A stretch of DNA of 32,781 bases from an uncultured Spirochaetaceae bacterium (GTDB lineage: Bacteria; Spirochaetota; Spirochaetia; Sphaerochaetales; Sphaerochaetaceae), in the NCBI GenBank assembly GCA_946629155.1, contig CAMOXM010000003.1, forward strand, positions 1 to 32,781, in the 5' to 3' direction. The notes under the pieces are model-generated. The model worked only from the letters and a program-made list of their open reading frames with translations, was not told the origin of the DNA and did not search any database. The position numbers and the translations under genes were made by a program. Below, one piece after another: positions 28,541-32,781 of the stretch (position 1 is its first letter; every line of letters starts with the position of its first letter).

Positions 28541-28795
28541 ATGGAGCACATAAACGAGTCTTTTGACTATGAGGTTTACGGCAAATCCTACGATGGCGAG
28601 ATATGGAGTGCGAACAGATCCTATCCGTTCAATAACTACCATGAGTTCGAGTACCATTTCATCAGCCTTTTCATGCACAGGTTCTTCGGCGAATCACGTT
28701 GCCTTGCCCTTTACGATGCTCTGAATCTCGATGCGGACTGCCTGTGGTATCAAATTCATGTGAATATGGAGAAAGAAAGATGTCTACACTATTAA
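28541..28795 (+). CDS. small hypothetical protein (84 aa), aromatic/acidic-rich
   Basis: Non-repetitive ORF with ribosome-binding site AGGGAAG. No recognisable family. Confidence 0.3.
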   Translation: MEHINESFDYEVYGKSYDGEIWSANRSYPFNNYHEFEYHFISLFMHRFFGESRCLALYDALNLDADCLWYQIHVNMEKERCLHY

Positions 28796-28868
28796 AGGCG
28801 AATATATAGAGCCGAGACAGGGTCGAGACGATTGTAAATCGACCGAATTTGGATGCTGATAGAACTAA

Positions 28869-28956
28869 CTATTGGAAAAACAACTAAAATTGGGTAGAAA
28901 AGTATTGGAAAAACAACTTAAATGAAGTAAAATAGTATTGGAAAAACACTTTACAG
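28869..28956 (+). repeat. three tandem ~33-bp direct repeats (core TATTGGAAAAACAACTNAAAT) immediately upstream of the AAA ATPase gene
   Basis: Units at 28869, 28902 and 28935 were read directly. Confidence 0.6.
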
Positions 28957-28978
28957 CATAAAGGCGATTAGTTTTAGT

Positions 28979-30295
28979 ATGTTTAGAAGAAAAATAGAAG
29001 AAAGGCTGTATGAGTATTATAAGAACCCGGATGATAGGGTTCTCATTGTGGAAGGCGCAAGGCAGGTCGGCAAGAGCTTTATAATCCGTCACACGGCAAA
29101 GAACAGCTTTGAGAATTTCATAGAAATAGATTTGAAGGCGGATCTCGAAGGCGACAGGCTTTTTGCAAATGCCAAAAGCACGCGCGACTTCTATTTGGCA
29201 TTGAGCTCGAAATATGGGCAGAGCCTTGGAGATTTTCAGAACACGATTGTTTTTTTGGATGAGATTCAGTTTTATCCGCATCTGATGACATTGCTCAAGG
29301 AGTTGAAGAAGGAGGATAGGTTTCGATACATAGCAAGCGGGTCTCTGTTGGGGGTGACGTTGAGACAGATTTTCATACCGATGGGCTCAATAGAGGAAGT
29401 CAGGATGTTTCCGCTTGATTTCGAGGAATTCCTTTGGGCTAACGGAGTAGGCGTTGACGTGGTTTCGTATTTGAGGAGATGTTTTGACGATGTTGCCGAA
29501 GTCGGCGAAGACATTCACTCTAGAATTCTGAGATTGTTCAAGGATTATCTCATATCGGGCGGGTTTCCGGATGCGGTGAAGGAATATGTGATAAACCAGA
29601 ATGTGCAACGGATGCGAAAGGTTCACGATGAAATATTTGCATACTATAGCGCGGATTGCTCTCAATACGACAATGAACACAGGCTGAAAATCATGCGAAT
29701 CTACGGCTCTCTGATCTCTAATATGCAAAACAAAGTGAAAAGGGTGCAGTTCAAGAAAATCGAGGGACTCGCAAATGCCAATGCCGAGAAATATGTCGAT
29801 GAATTCGATTATTTGGCATATTCGGGCGTCGCTTTGTTCACGCGCGCTGTCAGCAACCCCGTTTTTCCGCTTTCTGAAACTAGCAGTAAGAACCTGTTGA
29901 AATTGTATTACAACGATGTCGGGATTCTCACGAACCTTTTGTTTAAGAATAACATCAATGCAATCCTTGCCAATGACAAGGGCATAAACTTAGGTTGCGT
30001 CTATGAGACCGCCTGCGCATGCGAGCTCGCAAGCCATGGACACGAGCTTTTTTATTTCGACAGCAAAAAGACAGGCGAAGTCGATTTTCTGATAAATGAC
30101 TACGACAAGCTGTCCGCAGTTCCAATAGAGATAAAATCGGGCAATGATCAGAACAACTTCCGCGCCATACCTAAGCTGGTCGACAGAAACGGCAACTACA
30201 AGCTGTCCTGCGGTTATGTCTTCGGAAACAAGAATGTAGCTGTGAGGCAAAACGACCTTATCATCATGCCGGTTTACATGATTATGTTTGCGTAG
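28979..30295 (+). CDS. AAA+ ATPase with C-terminal DUF4143-like domain (COG1373-type)
   Basis: N-terminal Walker A EGARQVGKSF and Walker B-like IVFLDEIQ; a C-terminal restriction-endonuclease-like module, typical of this abundant family. Confidence 0.8.
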   Translation: MFRRKIEERLYEYYKNPDDRVLIVEGARQVGKSFIIRHTAKNSFENFIEIDLKADLEGDRLFANAKSTRDFYLALSSKYGQSLGDFQNTIVFLDEIQFYPHLMTLLKELKKEDRFRYIASGSLLGVTLRQIFIPMGSIEEVRMFPLDFEEFLWANGVGVDVVSYLRRCFDDVAEVGEDIHSRILRLFKDYLISGGFPDAVKEYVINQNVQRMRKVHDEIFAYYSADCSQYDNEHRLKIMRIYGSLISNMQNKVKRVQFKKIEGLANANAEKYVDEFDYLAYSGVALFTRAVSNPVFPLSETSSKNLLKLYYNDVGILTNLLFKNNINAILANDKGINLGCVYETACACELASHGHELFYFDSKKTGEVDFLINDYDKLSAVPIEIKSGNDQNNFRAIPKLVDRNGNYKLSCGYVFGNKNVAVRQNDLIIMPVYMIMFA

Positions 30296-30409
30296 GACAT
30301 TCTCGAAGCAGATGGTAATGTTGAAAAATCCATTCGGCTGCTGTATTGATCTGTCGTTTTGCTATCGAAATATTTTTCTATATATGCTATATTATTTGTG
30401 ATTGCTAAT

Positions 30410-31379
30410 ATGGAAATATCACTGCCTGAATTCATTGATAACATGCACAAGACGCTTAGTCAAAGCATCAAGGAGGAAATTAAGCCGGGAAGCAGGATTT
30501 CCGTGGCTGTGGCTTGTTTTTCGATTTATGCATATCGGGAATTGAAGAATGAACTAAAGGATATTGATGAATTGAGGTTTGTGTTCACTTCTCCGACCTT
30601 TATCGCGGATCGGATTAAGAAAGAAAAGCGCGAGTTCTATATTCCGCGTCTTAATCGCGAAAGAAGTCTTTACGGCACCGAGTTCGAAGTGAGATTGCGG
30701 AACGAGCTCAAGGCAATCGCAAAAGAATGTGCGGGATGGATTAGGAGAAAAGCTCGTTTCAAATCAAATTCAACTCAGCAGAACATGCCGTGCTTTATGA
30801 ATGTCGATGAAGAAACGGGAAGCAGCGGATTCTCGCATGGTCGATTTGTCGGAATTGTCTATGGATGATGATTATGATTTAGACGATCAGAACGCAAGCG
30901 ATATGTTTGAAATCGGAAAGAAGGTCAGAATCGATTTGAACGATATGGACTATGTCACATGGCTTGCGGATTTGAAACTCGATGCTGCAGTTCTCGATGG
31001 ACTTGAGGTTCTGACTTCTGAAATCACTCCGGAAAAAGATTCGAAGCTTCAAAAGCTGATTGGGATAATCAGGGGTAAAATAGAAAATCCAATCAACGAG
31101 GGCAATAGGAAGGTGATTATATTTTCCGCATTCGCCGATACTGTGGAGTATCTTTATGGGAATCTGAGTGGGTTCTTAAAGGAAAAGTACGGATTGAATA
31201 CCGCAATGGTCAGCGGCACTACGGAGGGGCGAAGCACTCTTGAAAAGTTCAGTTGCGACTTGAATGCCGTGCTTACTTATTTCTCGCCTCTTTCAAAGGA
31301 TAAGGATGTGATCTATCCAGGTGACACGAGGAGCATAGACATTCTTATTGCAACGGATTGCGAATGTGCAACAGGTTAA
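30410..31379 (+). pseudogene. remnant of a PLD-like nuclease + SNF2/ResIII-type helicase gene (N-terminal PLD piece and C-terminal helicase piece only; core ATPase domain missing)
   Basis: 30410-30868 encodes ...ISVAVACFSIYAYRELKNEL...LRFVFTSP...FSHGRFVGIVYG and then a stop. A different frame, 30801-31379, encodes the helicase C-domain (KVIIFSAFADTVEYLYGNL...YFSPLSKDKD...IDILIATDC) and stops just before MITE copy C. Confidence 0.55.
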
Positions 31380-31414
31380 ATTTGATGCGGACATAGGCCG
31401 TATCGACATAGTGA

Positions 31415-31579
31415 AGGGCGCTTCTAAAAACCTCAGAGCCCGATTTCACCTGATGCCTTTCGGGTCTGAAAATCGCCGGAAACCAGCAAAATATGACAGT
31501 ATTCCGCTGGTTTACGGCGATTTTCCGCCTCTGAAATCCGCAGGCGCTCTCTGGGCAGCAGGTTTTTAGAAGTGCCCTG
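31415..31579 (+). repeat. MITE-like element copy C (165 bp) with terminal repeats AGGGCGCTTCTAAAAAC / GTTTTTAGAAGTGCCCT and a long internal hairpin
   Basis: The terminal repeats are reverse complements with one mismatch. The internal repeat is GAAAATCGCCGGAAACCAGC / GCTGGTTTACGGCGATTTTC. Confidence 0.8.
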
Positions 31580-31591
31580 AATGAAATAAGC

Positions 31592-31951
31592 GTGAGAACG
31601 ATTCCTGCGATTCAGACGGGTGATAAGGTTCAAAGCATTTACGTTTTAGACGTGGCTATGAAAACGAAGAAATACGAGCCGAAAAATATAGAGCGAATCG
31701 CAAGGCTGATTCCACAAAATCTTGTTTTTGTTCTGCATTTTGAGGGAGAAATACAGCTTGCTGTCTTTTGCGAAAAGCTTTTTGCAACCGACTGGCTTTC
31801 TGAAAGCAGGGCAGTTATTCCGCTTGCGGGGTTGAATTTTGATGAGGTTTGGGAAAATATAATAAAAAGAACCGGCGGCGGAGAGTGGAATGGCTCTCTG
31901 ATCTTAAGCTTAGGTATCAGACCGCTCAGATTAAGGTTTCTGTTAGCGTAA
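31592..31951 (+). CDS. hypothetical ORF (119 aa, GTG start), probably a truncated gene fragment
   Basis: It starts immediately at the MITE boundary and has no start context. Confidence 0.3.
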   Translation: MRTIPAIQTGDKVQSIYVLDVAMKTKKYEPKNIERIARLIPQNLVFVLHFEGEIQLAVFCEKLFATDWLSESRAVIPLAGLNFDEVWENIIKRTGGGEWNGSLILSLGIRPLRLRFLLA

Positions 31952-31956
31952 ATTCC

Positions 31957-32225
31957 GAATTGATTAAGTTTTATTGGTCTCTTGGTGAAGATATTTTCTC
32001 CATGAAAAAAGAGAGCAAATGGGGGTGATGGATATTTTGAAAAAATAAGTAAGGATTTAAAAACGATACTCCCAAATACTAAAGGATTTTCACCTTCAAA
32101 CCTTAGGTATATAATGCGGTTTTACGAATTTTTCCTAATTTTTCCACAAGTTGTGGAAGAATTTGAAGGAAGCGGTCATTCGCATATTTCATTAATTCCT
32201 TGGGGTCATAAAAGGCAGGCGATTC
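31957..32225 (+). pseudogene. N-terminal fragment of a YhcG/DUF1016-like PD-(D/E)XK nuclease, frameshifted
   Basis: The N-terminal signature of that family is read across one frameshift near 32030: ELIKFYWSLGEDI...KWG / ISKDLKTILPNTKGFSPSNLRYIMRFYEFF...ISLIPWGH. The nuclease domain is absent. Confidence 0.5.
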
Positions 32226-32386
32226 TCACCGCAAATGCGCCCATAAGCAAGACATTGCGTCCTTGCAGGGAGGAGAGCGTTGATTTCGACAATACAGAGA
32301 ACCTCTACACAGAGGGCGACAACCTCGAAGTCTTGAAGCTTTTGCAGGAAACCTACCTCGGCAAAGTTAAGATGATTTATATAGAT
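32226..32386 (+). pseudogene. N-terminal fragment of a beta-class (Mod/N4-N6 type) DNA methyltransferase, truncated just before the DPPY motif
   Basis: ...ENLYTEGDNLEVLKLLQETYLGKVKMIYID follows in the same ORF as the YhcG fragment. AT-rich unrelated sequence comes next instead of DPPYN. Confidence 0.5.
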
Positions 32387-32597
32387 ATTAAGACCACGCA
32401 TATTGATACGGTTTTATGCCGAAATATAGCCTAAATTAGGCAAAAATAGGGTATTTATTGTAGTTTTTATAAATTTTTGGATTATTGTGTTTAGACTGGA
32501 TGATTAACTGATTATAACCTGAACACCCTTGATTTTAAATCGTTCGTTTGCAGACATAAAATTTACATTAAATGTAAAAAATGCTATCATTATAAAT

Positions 32598-32781
32598 ATG
32601 AATTTACATAAAAATATACCCAACGAATCTTATCACTTGAACATAGATGAAAGGGTAAATTTAGGTAGCTTTTATACGCCGCTAAAATATGTTGGTATTG
32701 CAGGTGCTTGGTTGAAGGAATATGGTGTAACTGATGACTATATTATATTTGATCCAAGTTGCGGATATGGTTCGTTTTTTA
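32598..32781 (+). CDS. gamma-class N6-adenine DNA methyltransferase (Eco57I/TaqI/HsdM-like), 3' end beyond window
   Basis: Motif X GSFYTP followed by motif I FDPSCGYGSFF. It is embedded in ~30% GC DNA, and the open frame runs to the window edge. Confidence 0.5.
   Translation, partial: MNLHKNIPNESYHLNIDERVNLGSFYTPLKYVGIAGAWLKEYGVTDDYIIFDPSCGYGSFF

Noticed and set aside
28869-28956. Possible CRISPR array
   Set aside because: There are only three units with ~11-bp spacers and no cas genes. The repeats are degenerate at their 3' ends, so it was called a tandem regulatory repeat instead.
31348-31633. ORF-track entries 31348-31569 (+) and 31433-31633 (-)
   Set aside because: They are read through MITE copy C (the TIRs and internal hairpin), so they are spurious.
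1-32781. tRNA, rRNA, integrase or transposase genes, and phage structural genes
   Set aside because: No cloverleaf-like sequences or conserved T-loop boxes occur in intergenic regions. There are no DDE or tyrosine-recombinase motifs. The mobile features present are non-autonomous repeats only.

Overview
The window looks like a chromosomal region of a moderate-GC (roughly 48%) bacterium. It uses sigma70-like promoters and AGGAGG ribosome-binding sites, yet encodes signal-peptide beta-barrel outer-membrane proteins, so a diderm anaerobe with Firmicute-like expression signals is likely. Nearly all genes are on the + strand.

Coordinates 1-24950 are mostly housekeeping, in this order:
- tyrS (5'-partial)
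- a TPR protein, MazG and a dGTPase-like HD hydrolase, joined by overlapping start/stop codons
- an outer-membrane protein
- an orphan YgeW-like carbamoyltransferase
- an FKBP lipoprotein
- asnS
- an SPFH protein with a C-terminal zinc ribbon, followed by a double-zinc-ribbon membrane protein
- an ABC-F ATPase
- a fused pgk-tpi gene
- a recQ-like / dprA / class II uvrA-paralog operon

Coordinates 25000-32781 are accessory and decayed. They hold two tandem DUF3990 / DUF3791-HTH two-gene modules, one with a frameshifted DUF3990 partner. They also hold a DUF4143-type AAA ATPase behind three 33-bp tandem repeats, and a set of broken defence genes. The broken defence genes are a PLD-helicase remnant, a YhcG-like nuclease fragment fused to a Mod-type methyltransferase fragment, and a 30%-GC insertion carrying an Eco57I/TaqI-like N6-methyltransferase start.

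A MITE-like element family and a second composite intergenic repeat family are scattered through the window. No tRNA, rRNA, CRISPR array, integrase or transposase was found. The candidate for an undescribed system is the duplicated DUF3990/DUF3791-HTH module, which looks toxin/antitoxin-like with a possible H-Y-E ADP-ribosyltransferase signature. The recQ-dprA-uvrA2 operon is a second candidate.
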